This document shows, in pieces, positions 49,140 through 59,808 of a DNA stretch of 64,000 nt; position 1 is the first letter of the stretch; each line of letters begins with the position of its first letter. The stretch comes from a virus. Position numbers and translations under genes: made by a program. Below the pieces are notes generated by a model that saw only the letters and a program-made list of their open reading frames with translations, ran no database searches and had not been told where the DNA came from. The stretch covers positions 7,621 to 71,620 of the IMG/VR virus record IMGVR_UViG_3300002460_000025; one strand, given 5' to 3'.

Positions 49140-49468
49140 GCCCCGTGCTTGTCAATAAACTCTACACTGGCTATCTGGCTTGCCAGGATGACCTGTAGGC
49201 AACGATCTTCACATGGCCGAGAGTAGACCCAACTCCCATTCCTCCGCCCCGCTACGGTCAACGTGGAGCCCCTGAGACGCTTCCGGTTGGCTCTCATGAT
49301 GGCATGCTCCTCTGCATGGAGCCCCATCCCATCCAATCCAGGGTGATTCCACCCCCAACTCACGACCCTCCCACAGGGATCAGTGATGACGGCTGCCACC
49401 TGTACTCGACAGGGGCTCCTCCGTGTCAAGTCCTTTGCTAATTCCATCCGGTCCACTCGCGTGTTCAT
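49121..49468 (-). CDS. Zn-dependent cytidine/dCMP-type deaminase
   Basis: VAAVI..GWN, LHAE, SRPCEDRC. Confidence 0.8.
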   Translation of the reverse strand: MNTRVDRMELAKDLTRRSPCRVQVAAVITDPCGRVVSWGWNHPGLDGMGLHAEEHAIMRANRKRLRGSTLTVAGRRNGSWVYSRPCEDRCLQVILASQIASVEFIDKHGAWRILE

Positions 49469-49477
49469 GTCCCCTCC

Positions 49478-49760
49478 ACAGGTGTGTCACTGATGTTGTG
49501 CAATTTCGTGCAAATTCCTTGTAAGTCGTTGAAAAATATGGGGTGTGTCACGACACACGGATTTCGACGGAAAGTGACACACTCGAAGTCCATTGTTTTC
49601 AATAGGTTACAGCCATTTTCCAGGGGTGTGTCAACCTCCCTATAGTGCATTTAGACACGACACACCTGTGTCACGACAGGGAGGCGGAGCCTTCCCGCTC
49701 CGGCCTCTACGCTCCGCTTGGGCTACGCTCCGAGCCCTCGCTCACACCCGCTATGCTGGC
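49478..49760. repeat. Non-coding iteron/inverted-repeat region (candidate replication origin)
   Basis: About seven GTGTGTC/GACACAC-type copies in both orientations, AT-rich spacers and a GC hairpin. Confidence 0.65.
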
Positions 49761-49791
49761 TCCTGGCACTCCCTCGCGCGGAGATGACACA

Positions 49792-51920
49792 TCAGGATGG
49801 GCAACACTTCCCAGTGTCGTCGTGCGCGCCAGGACCGCGACCACACTGAGAACAGACTCGATCGAGGCGATCGAGGGAATCAAGCTCCCGTTGAAGCCAC
49901 GCTGCTTGTTCATCCTTGAGACGATCCTCTTCCGTCTTCCAGCGATTGATCAGATCAGCGGGGGTGAGGAAATCCCAAAAATTGCTCATACTCACTCCTT
50001 GGTTTGCTGAGAAACCTCCGTGATCACGTCAACTGCCGCACGAGCAGCACGTCTGGCACTGACTCTATCAGTGGCTTGCTGTGCCGCTGCATAGGGTGAG
50101 ACACCACGCGCAATCAAGCGGATCTGTTCCACGCTGACTTCTCTCTCCCACGATTCAATAGCCTGTCGTAACTCGTATCTCATAACTCCTCCGTGAGCGC
50201 CGCCGTCAGGGCATCACGCCACGCTGCCACGATCATGATATCGAGACTGTCGTCCTCGTGTTCTAGCCCGTCCGCCACGTCTGCGTTCATCGCATCCCGC
50301 ACCTGGGCCACGGCCGCCCTCAGGTGTGTGTGCTCTGCCTGGAACTTGGTTCGCTCAGCATGGAGGCGATCAATTGCCATGTTGCTGCGGCGATTCCGCT
50401 TCCGCTTTGGCGACTGCCGCCATGGACACGCACTGCACGCATTCGCCGCAGGCCCCGTCCACGCCGAGCAACATGCACGTCTGCTCGTGCGTCAGCCATT
50501 CCTTTAGCGCCTCCAGCAGATCAGGGGCAGCGGCAATCAATCTCGCCCGCGCTAAGTCCTGCACCTCGGGGGGCAGGGGTCGTTGCTTCTTCATACAGCC
50601 CTCCTCAAGCCGGTGTCGCTGCGTCCTCTGGTCGATGGTTGGGACACGTCACCAACGTCCCATCCAGATAGACCCGACATCCACAGTCAAGCTCCCACAG
50701 AGAGGACGCCTCGTCAGCGGCAGCATTGACCTCCCGCTTCAACCATGCGCGCCAGCGGTCGAATTCGTCTTTCTCTGCTTGGTTAGCCACGCTTTGAGCC
50801 TCCCCCGATCAACTGCCCACGCGAAATGGACAATACGATGCTTTGTATTGGGATTGATGAAGACATGCGAACGCCTCACGCTCCCAAGCTTCTGATCCTC
50901 AATGTACCTCGCCAACACTCGACCATAGTCAGTGGCTGTGACAAATCGTTTCTTGGGTTGCTTGGGAATCACCCCTGTAAACGTGACCAGCCCAACCCTA
51001 CTATCGAGGATTCTATTGGCTGTCTGGCAGAGCACAGTTCGTGGTTGAGGTTTATCATAACTAATCCCTGACAGTTCCCCAACACCACAACACTGTGTAT
51101 GATGAAGTTCAGTCATACCCCCTCCTACACATCCTCCCTATACACCGACGATCGAAGCTCATCCTCGAACCGTCCAATCACGTCCTCAAGCTGCTCTGCC
51201 AACTCGTTGAGCTGACTGTTCAGCCCATCTATCTTGTCCTCCAGAAGATCGAGGCTCACCCCGACATCCTTCTGAAACACCCCAAACTCCCTCAACATCT
51301 TCTCAGCCTGTTCAATCGTCATACGGACTCCTTCGGAATCTCCTGAATACCAGGAGATGGTAGCTTGGTTTTGAACTCTCCCACATGCCTTCCCGTGAAT
51401 GTGTACTTCCTCTTCGGTGGTTCCGGTTCATCGTCGGGATCCAACGAGGGCATCAACTTTAACAATTCATCCTCCTTACTCGCCCGGTCTGGGAGTAACT
51501 CTCCTCCAGACCACACCACGACTGGTCGTTCCTCACTATCCCGGAACCGCTCACCCGCCTCGATTCTCCTCTGCCTCTCCATGACCTGTTCAAATGTCAT
51601 TGTATCATTCCCATTGGCGCGATAGCCGTAATGGTATGCTTCTTCAATTCCTCCGCCCGCTGCACGGCCATATCAATCCGTTCACGCTGCTTCGCCAACA
51701 GGGACTTCAGGATTACCGTCGTCCGATCAGGATCCTCATTGAACCGTGTGATGATCCCGATCACATGTTTCCGTCTCTCCGGCGTCAACTGGAGTAACGC
51801 TGACAACACGATCCCCTCCTGGATGTTCTGAAGGGATCGAATGGATGTGATCACATCATCTTCCGTGATCACCGACTTTCCCAGGAAAAACTCTTTGACT
51901 GTCATGATTAACCTCCTCAC
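49792..51920 (-). other. Cluster of small hypothetical ORFs (49792-49995, 49992-50183, 50180-50380, 50370-50594, 50605-50790, 50739-51116, 51125-51322, 51319-51600, 51597-51920)
   Basis: Tightly overlapping ORFs with GGAG RBSs; 50370-50594 has the common phage motif ARLIAAAPDLLEAL. Confidence 0.55.
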
Positions 51921-52162
51921 GCTACCGGCTCATCCGTGTCGAGCCACTGAATCCGTGTCCGCCCCTCGTGTCCGTGAATCGTTTCAATGGCCTCAATCGG
52001 AGGAACCACCGCCTCGATCGTAGGAACGACCTCGATTGTATGGAACCTGCCTAACCAACTGAGGACACATTGTCCATCATGGAACTCTACACCTTCCGCG
52101 ACTACTCCCGTCCCACTCACGCCTGAAATGTCCTCACTCCTCACGAGAAGGAATCGTTTCAC
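51917..52162 (-). CDS. Conserved phage hypothetical protein
   Basis: F.L.R.ED.SGVSGTGVVAEGVEF.DG...L.W pattern; local 7-aa duplication. Confidence 0.65.
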   Translation of the reverse strand: MKRFLLVRSEDISGVSGTGVVAEGVEFHDGQCVLSWLGRFHTIEVVPTIEAVVPPIEAIETIHGHEGRTRIQWLDTDEPVA

Positions 52163-52848
52163 TCGACCTCCCTACTGTCGGCCCACTCCCGAATCGCTTT
52201 GGCATACACCCCCACTGTGCCATTTTCTATTCCAGGTGCCCGATTGACCTCCAATACGATCAATGTCTTATCCTTCAACTGCCCAATATCGACAGCACCA
52301 AAGTCCAGCCCAAGCGCCTCAATTGCCCTGTGTGCGAGATCACGATGCTTCTGCTTCACTGACTCACCATCGTAGCTGATCCTCCATCCACCATCCCACG
52401 AGCGAATCCACTCATGAGGGGTCTCGAACCCCGTGCGATGCACCTTGATCCCGGCCCTCAGTGATCGTCCCTTGAAGGAATGCACGCGAAATTCCTTAAC
52501 AATCTCCTCACGTTTCACCCAATAATCCACCGTTCGTGGAGGCCAGAGGAGATCATTCCCACCGACGTGGTGATTTGATCGTCCAATCCATCCATCTTGA
52601 TGTGTCCTCGACACCGTGATCGTCGGCACACCAGCGTTCGTGAGGATCTCCGCATCGGTAAACTTTCCCCTTACCAGGATCCCATTGAGGACTTTGCATC
52701 TCAGTGCAGGTACTCTCACACCCCACCCAATGACGACATCTTGTCGGATCAGCTTCTTCGGGATGTGACTGACTTTTCTCCCCTCGACAGCAGCAGCCAG
52801 CGCCCTCGCACTCTCCGATGGAACAGGTCTGTAGATATAGATCGCCAC
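52159..52848 (-). CDS. ATP-grasp peptide ligase (phiEco32/RimK-like)
   Basis: K......L..AGVP, EFRVH, IRS..GGW, ALGLDFGAVDI, VLEVN.APG. Confidence 0.88.
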   Translation of the reverse strand: MAIYIYRPVPSESARALAAAVEGRKVSHIPKKLIRQDVVIGWGVRVPALRCKVLNGILVRGKFTDAEILTNAGVPTITVSRTHQDGWIGRSNHHVGGNDLLWPPRTVDYWVKREEIVKEFRVHSFKGRSLRAGIKVHRTGFETPHEWIRSWDGGWRISYDGESVKQKHRDLAHRAIEALGLDFGAVDIGQLKDKTLIVLEVNRAPGIENGTVGVYAKAIREWADSREVE

Positions 52849-52851
52849 CCT

Positions 52852-53175
52852 CTATGTCTCCTCGTCCTCATCGAACGTGATGCTATACGTTACCATGAAT
52901 TCATTGATGGCGTCCATGATCTTGTCCATCTTGGCAATGATCGGCGTCGGGATGGTGGCAACGTCTGTCAGGTAGACATCCACCAATGAGTCGAAAATCT
53001 TGTAGCACCCGTCCAGCAGTACCGTTGAGTGATGGAGGGCATCATCAGCGATATCCCCATCATCCTTCTCAAATTCCTCTTCAGCTTCACCATCAACGTC
53101 GGTTCGTCCAGGAGGAAGCAGAAGTGGTTGCTTCCGTTTGACGAAGGTGAGCGTTTCGAGATCAGCGATTCTCAT
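52852..53175 (-). CDS. Acidic hypothetical protein
   Basis: Coupled ORF inside the ligase cluster. Confidence 0.55.
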   Translation of the reverse strand: MRIADLETLTFVKRKQPLLLPPGRTDVDGEAEEEFEKDDGDIADDALHHSTVLLDGCYKIFDSLVDVYLTDVATIPTPIIAKMDKIMDAINEFMVTYSITFDEDEET

Positions 53176-53977
53176 CGCGGCCCTCGCGGTCCATGTCTCT
53201 GACGACTTGGGCCAGTGAACGAGGGGCTCTCTCCGTCATCTGTTCAATATTGGTAAAAATAGACTGGTTCGAGCGACGTGATGCTGGTGGAGCGAACGCA
53301 GGAGTATCTCTTGGAGTTACAGTAGGTCTTGAATTACCCTGAGGAGCCTGTGGAGCCTGTAGTATGCGCCATCCATTACTGTCAAACACAACATTGCGAG
53401 TAGCACGTGATAACGGCGGTGGCATGTCAATTCCTTCCTCCATCACACTAGTACCTACGGCACCAAAGTCCAATGCTGCCTCCCCACCGATTGGAGGGGC
53501 CTCCACCTCAACAGGTATTGGTCTCCCATTGTAAATGTCATCACACGTCTTACACTTGATCCGAGACAGCTTGACCCCAGTCGTGTGTCCTTCAGAACAT
53601 CTTACCACTTGTATGATCCGACACCCCGTACAGAGAATCGAACCTTCAGCGACGACTACCCCCTCATTCTCTACAAACATCTGTTGACAGTGATCACAGG
53701 CCATCGTCGTTGCCAATCTCACAAGTCCATTGACTTCACGAGGTGACAGGATTGCCCTCCGAATGGTTGTGAGAAGTTGACTGGAAAACCCACTCCCTGG
53801 CTTCTGCCGCCTGCCGATGGTTGCAAGGCGATCGATCAGATCCACATCATGCGTGGGATGATCCAATTGCTCTCGCAATTGCGTGAGGACAGCTTGCGCG
53901 TCTGGGTGGAGATGATCAACCATCCCCTCCAACTCAGTGAGAAGTATGGTTCCTTGTTTTGGTGTGAGTCTCAGCAT
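53162..53977 (-). CDS. Cys-rich (zinc-binding) hypothetical protein
   Basis: CDHC, CTGC, C..GH, CKTC. Confidence 0.6.
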   Translation of the reverse strand: MLRLTPKQGTILLTELEGMVDHLHPDAQAVLTQLREQLDHPTHDVDLIDRLATIGRRQKPGSGFSSQLLTTIRRAILSPREVNGLVRLATTMACDHCQQMFVENEGVVVAEGSILCTGCRIIQVVRCSEGHTTGVKLSRIKCKTCDDIYNGRPIPVEVEAPPIGGEAALDFGAVGTSVMEEGIDMPPPLSRATRNVVFDSNGWRILQAPQAPQGNSRPTVTPRDTPAFAPPASRRSNQSIFTNIEQMTERAPRSLAQVVRDMDREGRDENR

Positions 53978-54090
53978 GGGTTATTTCCTCAAGGCATAGA
54001 TACATATGCCGGTAACCAGCAAGGTTACCAGTCCTACAAACACAGCTATCAGAACGAACGCCATCTCCGGATTGGTCATTGACATCTCCC

Positions 54091-55197
54091 TTACATCTGA
54101 CACACAATCTGGATGCCCCTCTTGCTGGCATCACGGATTTTCTCACGTCGCTTCAACTCCTCGATGTCAGTCAACTCAACAGCTGTACCCATAATCCTCG
54201 GGCGATCCTTCTTCATCCAACACGTACCGCAGATCCATTCAAACGTGCCTGCCAGACGATGATTGGCGTTGTGAACATCCTTGGGATCACAGAAATCACA
54301 CATCCCACTTTTTGAGTGGATTGTGAGCACAGCTGGCTTCTTCTGGTAGCAATCCCAACACTGAGCCACATTATTGGAGGTTGTCCAAATTCCCGCCACC
54401 TTCCCACAGGCACAGTGCTTGTCACGTTGGGCTAGCGCCGTGACCTTTTGCGTTTGTGTGATCGTCCCGTCGCCTGTGCCAGAAGTTGCCGCATCAGTCG
54501 ATTGTATTTCTTTCTCCCGATCCTTCCAGTAGCCAGCAGATCCTCCAGTTCCTCGAAACGATGTCTGGTCGGAGGCACCTCTACCCCCTCGATGGCCCCC
54601 CATTGAGAACGGTGGTGTCAGATAGTGAGATACATGTTTCCACTCCGTATTGGAGTACCACACCCCATCATCGTATGTCCAATCACCAAACAATTCGATG
54701 TCATCTGTCTTGAACACCGCCACCTTTTCGTTGATCAACTCCAACAACCCGAGACCGAGATAATTGGACGCCAAGGCTAGTGCCCTCGTGTCTGTCCACG
54801 ACCCAGTAGGGAGCTTGAACGGCACCTTACAGGCCAACTCGATGATCTTGTTCTTCCAATCACTCCACATCCCATTGTGGAACAAGACAGCACCATCGAT
54901 TGTCCCCTCCAACGTCGTATCAGCGTCAGGGCTGATAGGGAATGGATGACACCCAAATGGCCCAAGCGCAGTACCTACAGATGGATTCCTGAAATGCAGC
55001 ACGTACGGGAGAGGGATTGTCTTGTTCAGAGTCACGACCTCCTCAAGGGTCAGCCCTTTACTCCACCGGACAGCTTTCCTCCCGTCCTTCTCCTCCAGCC
55101 ATGCTGCTCCAGCCCCGGAGGGATGCTTCTCAAACCCCTTCTTTACACTATCCTCGGTGATTCTCGTATCCCCGTTCGCCACCATGATCACGCACAT
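54091..55197 (-). CDS. Class II (Ntn) glutamine amidotransferase with C-terminal zinc fingers
   Basis: Met-Cys start, HFR...G, CHPF, FHNG, TDT. Confidence 0.85.
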   Translation of the reverse strand: MCVIMVANGDTRITEDSVKKGFEKHPSGAGAAWLEEKDGRKAVRWSKGLTLEEVVTLNKTIPLPYVLHFRNPSVGTALGPFGCHPFPISPDADTTLEGTIDGAVLFHNGMWSDWKNKIIELACKVPFKLPTGSWTDTRALALASNYLGLGLLELINEKVAVFKTDDIELFGDWTYDDGVWYSNTEWKHVSHYLTPPFSMGGHRGGRGASDQTSFRGTGGSAGYWKDREKEIQSTDAATSGTGDGTITQTQKVTALAQRDKHCACGKVAGIWTTSNNVAQCWDCYQKKPAVLTIHSKSGMCDFCDPKDVHNANHRLAGTFEWICGTCWMKKDRPRIMGTAVELTDIEELKRREKIRDASKRGIQIVCQM

Positions 55198-55199
55198 GA

Positions 55200-56012
55200 T
55201 TAGATCCTCTCCTGATAATGGTTGATCTCAGCAGCGCCGAGAGCGACCTGTGCCAATTTCCGTGGTTCTCTCTCACGCATCTTGGAGAGGAACTGATTCG
55301 TGATGCTCAAGACTGTCCTCACTGCCCGAGTGGCTTGTTCCGGCGTCTCCATCATGGGGAGGAGACGACATTCGACCGTTCGATGTTGTGCAAAACAGTA
55401 GTTGAGGGCAGTATAGCGATTGTGAGGCTTTCCCCGACTGTGGAAATCTTTTTTCTCTATTTTTACCTGTTCATCGCCACAGTACTGATGAGCACAGTGA
55501 TCGTGATTCTTCCTCGTCAGTCGATCCCAGATAGGGTGATCCTTTGCCAATCGCTCCGTTCCTGCCCAGTCGAGGAGTCTCACCACCATCTCCATCGTGA
55601 ATCGAGGGGTCATGAGGCGTTGGTAATTCAAGCGATTGACCAATCCCATATGAACGTGTAACCCACACGTTTCGTTCACGTGGTGGGGATAGTACTTCAT
55701 GATCGCTCGTTCCAACTCATCAGTTATCACGGCAAAAGGACCGAGAGGGATCTCACCAATCCCAACCTTTGGATAGGCCATCCCCACATCCGCAGGGAGA
55801 TCAACAGGTTCCATCGTCCTCATGTTCACGTAACGGTTGTTCCCATCATCGAATCCTATACCAGGAGGTAACTTCGGTCGTGGGAAGACCAGACTCCCAT
55901 CTCTGAGGAGTTTGACACCCTTTGGGAGTTTGTCCCACCCTCCCTCCAACTCGATTCCCACCGTGTCGATACGGTTTGGGATACCATCAATCCTGACGCG
56001 CTTCTTCGCCAC
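55200..56012 (-). CDS. Putative amidoligase (COOH-NH2 ligase, Amidoligase_2-like)
   Basis: GIELEG, DGSL, GEI, NETCGLHVH, RY.ALN, TVECR. Confidence 0.85.
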   Translation of the reverse strand: MAKKRVRIDGIPNRIDTVGIELEGGWDKLPKGVKLLRDGSLVFPRPKLPPGIGFDDGNNRYVNMRTMEPVDLPADVGMAYPKVGIGEIPLGPFAVITDELERAIMKYYPHHVNETCGLHVHMGLVNRLNYQRLMTPRFTMEMVVRLLDWAGTERLAKDHPIWDRLTRKNHDHCAHQYCGDEQVKIEKKDFHSRGKPHNRYTALNYCFAQHRTVECRLLPMMETPEQATRAVRTVLSITNQFLSKMREREPRKLAQVALGAAEINHYQERI

Positions 56013-56022
56013 CCTGCTCCTC

Positions 56023-56508
56023 CTATATCTTGGTGTACGACGACACCGTAATCTGTGCCTTGACAGGCTTCAGGTAGTCAGTGAAGAACCGAGCAGCCAT
56101 CCTCGTGATACGGTCATTGAGGCGATCATGTTGTTCACGAGATGCGACCTCCTCAGACACAAACGTCACGCCCTCAGGCCCACTGGCACCGACAAGCCTG
56201 AGGAATGAGAGGTTGATGGGCTCACTAAGCAGGCTGCTCCCAAGTGAATTGAGATCATATGGGTTCTCATACGAGATGGTCCCATCAGGGAGCATCCATG
56301 CCGTGAGGGCTCCAGACTTTGGAATCCACAGACGCCCAAGTGACACGGACATATCGATCTTTTGGTCGATCGCCCAGTGACGGAAGAACTCCTCGATGAG
56401 GGGAACGACCTTCACCGTGACACGGATGCCCTCAATATCCCTGCTTGTCCCGATACTGATCACGGTCTCTCCGCCCTTCTCGATATCGATCTGTTCTACT
56501 GAGGACAT
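56023..56508 (-). CDS. Hypothetical protein in the ligase cluster
   Basis: 161-aa coupled ORF. Confidence 0.6.
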   Translation of the reverse strand: MSSVEQIDIEKGGETVISIGTSRDIEGIRVTVKVVPLIEEFFRHWAIDQKIDMSVSLGRLWIPKSGALTAWMLPDGTISYENPYDLNSLGSSLLSEPINLSFLRLVGASGPEGVTFVSEEVASREQHDRLNDRITRMAARFFTDYLKPVKAQITVSSYTKI

Positions 56509-57695
56509 ATCACACCTTTCTTACTCTCCTGCATATCAGTTGTGACTATACCATTGAGGAATCCTTCCCATCCTACTTGAGACCTCTCATATTCCGTGTG
56601 CGCGTACCGATGCTGCCAATTCACGACAGGATCAATATCCGGTGGAAACCAATACGACAACCCCTTCGAGACGAAGTGATCGAACGCCTCAACATTGTCG
56701 CTCCAGAGGCCGCTGTAGCTGAATGTCTCCATCAACACAGGCTTGACATGCTTCTCGTAGAGGCCCTTCGCCACGTCATAGTCGTTCTCGTTGATCGCAT
56801 GTTGGAGGGAGTCCGTGTCGAGATCCTTCGTCATCCGTGTGTATCCGTCAACACAGTAGCCGTCTGCGTTTCCGCGGCCTGCCGTGTACAAAATCACTAC
56901 CGCCTGTCGCGCAAGCCCAAACACACACGACATCAATGAGTAGTGCCTCAGCCAGAAATTGCTCAACACCCGGTATTCCAGACCATGAGAAGGAAGTCGA
57001 TACTCACCTGCCTTCCCATACAGTTGCCTCCGTTCCCGTGATGCGGGATCCCGATCGAAGAGGACACAGGTATTCGCGACGAACAAGTCGAGGAGTGGAA
57101 TGAGTTGTGTGAGGTTGAAGGGTTCCATGTCCATCCCAAGATGGATATGCCCGGCAGCACTCCGCTTCCGGTACTCCATCCCATTGACCTCCTTCGTCTT
57201 GTGTCCGTAGATGTTGAGGGATGGTTGACAGCCCAGTGTTTGCGCCTTCGGGCTGAGACGTTCGAGTTCCTCCCTCGCGACCTCGACCATCGGATCAAAA
57301 CTCAGCCTGAGCCCCTTTAGGTCTGGTCGGCTTTTGATGTACGTATCCAGATCCAGGACGCATTGCTGGATCCGAAATGATAACCCCTCCCGACACGAAC
57401 CAGGATGTGGATGAAGTTCTACCTGCACACCGTCTGTCACGATACTGCTATCACTACCAACGTTCAGCCCCCCTAGCAGTACACGCTCCGATCCCACCAC
57501 CACCCCCTGCTTATTCACAATAAACAACTCTGGATCGCACCCAAGATTGACAGAGGGACTGAGCCATGTTGGCTTCTGAGGAGGAGGGATCACTGGTGGC
57601 TTGGGTGGTGTAATGATGGGCTGACCCACCGTGTAAGTGCTTGGACTCCTTGTTGGGACTGGACTCTGTGCTGTTCGCTTAGTGGTTCCGGCCAT
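56496..57695 (-). CDS. phiEco32-like COOH-NH2 ligase type 2
   Basis: LGCDPELF, DGVQVE, GC.P, RSAAGHIHLG, RRQLYGKAGEYR, GLEYRVLSNFW. Confidence 0.9.
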   Translation of the reverse strand: MAGTTKRTAQSPVPTRSPSTYTVGQPIITPPKPPVIPPPQKPTWLSPSVNLGCDPELFIVNKQGVVVGSERVLLGGLNVGSDSSIVTDGVQVELHPHPGSCREGLSFRIQQCVLDLDTYIKSRPDLKGLRLSFDPMVEVAREELERLSPKAQTLGCQPSLNIYGHKTKEVNGMEYRKRSAAGHIHLGMDMEPFNLTQLIPLLDLFVANTCVLFDRDPASRERRQLYGKAGEYRLPSHGLEYRVLSNFWLRHYSLMSCVFGLARQAVVILYTAGRGNADGYCVDGYTRMTKDLDTDSLQHAINENDYDVAKGLYEKHVKPVLMETFSYSGLWSDNVEAFDHFVSKGLSYWFPPDIDPVVNWQHRYAHTEYERSQVGWEGFLNGIVTTDMQESKKGVICPQ

Positions 57696-58095
57696 AATGA
57701 TTCCTCCAATCCCCACTCAAAATGATACGATTTCCCTGACTCAACCAATGTTGTGGTAGCACATAGACCTGTGCGTCTTCCCCATCACTCAATGTAATGT
57801 CCTCACGACGATAGAAGTTCGGATGGCTCTCCAATCGATCGAGATCATGAAGAGTGGATTGATCCACCTCCCATACCTCCCCATGAATCACGGTATCTCC
57901 TCCTCTCACAATCCCAGGAAATCCACCAAGATGCAACATGGTGAATTCCGGCCGCGTCGTCGCAGTCCTCAGCAGCTTCGATGATCGCAGGAGGCGGTTG
58001 TTGCCAAATCCTGTCATCAGGGTGCCGTAAACGAAGATTTTTGTCGTCACCGGAATGAGTGGATGTTCCGGTTTTGCTGTCACGAGTTCGAGCAT
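57679..58095 (-). CDS. Gamma-glutamylcyclotransferase (AIG2/GGACT-like)
   Basis: IFVYGTLM.G..N, GFPG, GEVW, LDRLE.HP..Y.R, SGDW. Confidence 0.92.
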   Translation of the reverse strand: MLELVTAKPEHPLIPVTTKIFVYGTLMTGFGNNRLLRSSKLLRTATTRPEFTMLHLGGFPGIVRGGDTVIHGEVWEVDQSTLHDLDRLESHPNFYRREDITLSDGEDAQVYVLPQHWLSQGNRIILSGDWRNHYGRNH

Positions 58096-58779
58096 TGTTG
58101 ACCCTCCTATCGAATGGTGAGATGTACATGTACTGTACATGTACCACACCTGTTATCTACACCTGTACACACCACCATAACCAGAATACCACCCTGCTAC
58201 AGACACGAGGACGAAGATGGAATGAGAAGGCACGGGCGATCATGGTTCCCTTCTACTGAGATCACGTTCCAACACAGTGATACGATCACACACGTCACAG
58301 GACGAGAGGGCGTGACGATCCAGATCCACGATCACCGGCCCTCGTTTGAGGTGTTCGTGCTTGAGCAGGACTAGCAGTTCTACGAGTGTTTCATGAAGTG
58401 TCATGGTTCCTCCTCGTGGGATGATTGCAATTCCTTTATGACCTCCTCTATGACCTGTGCGGGACACACCCTGCACCGTCCTTCACACTCGGGATCACAC
58501 AGACGACTGTAATGATCCTCAAGAAGGTATTGGAGTTTCTGTATGGCTTTTCTCACAGGCGGTGTGATGGGATACTTCACTTGTCCATCCATCGATCAAT
58601 GATGATGTGTACCTTCCAGAGACGCAAGTCAAGAAGGATCGAATGTCTATTCCTCCCACCCTTGGGATCACCGGTCATGATCAGGATGAACACCATCTAC
58701 TCCTGACCCCCTCGCATGATCACGATAAACACGCCGAGGGCGACGATCACCCAGATCACCACGAACACTGCGGGCCACG

Positions 58780-59808
58780 TCATCCGACCTCACCCACATG
58801 GATAGGGTTCCCATCATCTTCAGCCACCTCGATCGCTGCACCCTCGGTCGATGGGGGAGCAACCTCAGTCGTCTCGAAGGTCCGCCTCAAGAGGAGATCC
58901 TTATAGTACTGGGGGAACCCATGTGTGATCCCCCTCCGAATATGGGGCCAGAAGTGACGCCACAACTGTTCCTTGATGTCATCCTTCTCCTCCTTCTCGA
59001 CATCCTGTTGGATGGCAGCGATCAACTTCCCGATATCCCTCGGTACTCCTTCGAGGAGCCCGTCCTCAGTCATGTGTTGGATAGACTTGTTCCATCGTGC
59101 GGGGACGTTGTACTTATCCTGGAGAAAGATGATGACATCACTCCTCCCAGGATTGCCGACCTTCCACGCTTTCGAGTGGGCCTCCTTGAATTCCTCGGAG
59201 ACGTACTTTGCCATCACGACCTTTTTGTCCACCCCGTAGACATCGTAATTCACAGGTTTGATGACGACTCCCTCAACCTTCTGTCCCCCGAGGCAGGAGG
59301 TGGTCTGGAGAAACGGGACGAACTGGTCGTAGCTTGTGATAAGCCCTTGAAACAGTCTGGGCACACACTCCAAATTAAGGCGAGCCGCCTCAGCCATCTT
59401 GCACTCCCATGAAAGGTATTGCTCCTCCCCCGAGTTGATGTCGAAGATGATGATCCCCTGAAGAGGGATACGATCGTACGCGAGGGTATTGTGTTTCGGC
59501 TTGGCGAGGACCTCCCCACGATAGGTCCATCCAGGATGGAGGATGCGAGCACTATTCACAATGGTCTCGACAGCACTCTTGAACATCGCTGGAGGTGTCT
59601 CCGGGTAGATGATGGCTCCCTTTGACTTGATCCGCAACGCAGACTCGCCATCGTTAGCAAGCTCCGGGAACCACCCGAATGATATCTGACTGCCATCGAT
59701 TTTTTCCTCCACAATCACGTCCTGATCGAGGAGTACGGATGCGGCCTTGTGCCCGATGTGGTAGATCGAGGGGTACGAGTGCCAACTTGTCGTGATGATG
59801 TCATTCAT
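58780..59808 (-). CDS. ATP-dependent RNA ligase (Rnl2-like)
   Basis: YPSI, EEKIDGS, YRGE, FDI, VP.LF.G, EGVVIK, AKYV..EFKE. Confidence 0.88.
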   Translation of the reverse strand: MNDIITTSWHSYPSIYHIGHKAASVLLDQDVIVEEKIDGSQISFGWFPELANDGESALRIKSKGAIIYPETPPAMFKSAVETIVNSARILHPGWTYRGEVLAKPKHNTLAYDRIPLQGIIIFDINSGEEQYLSWECKMAEAARLNLECVPRLFQGLITSYDQFVPFLQTTSCLGGQKVEGVVIKPVNYDVYGVDKKVVMAKYVSEEFKEAHSKAWKVGNPGRSDVIIFLQDKYNVPARWNKSIQHMTEDGLLEGVPRDIGKLIAAIQQDVEKEEKDDIKEQLWRHFWPHIRRGITHGFPQYYKDLLLRRTFETTEVAPPSTEGAAIEVAEDDGNPIHVGEVG

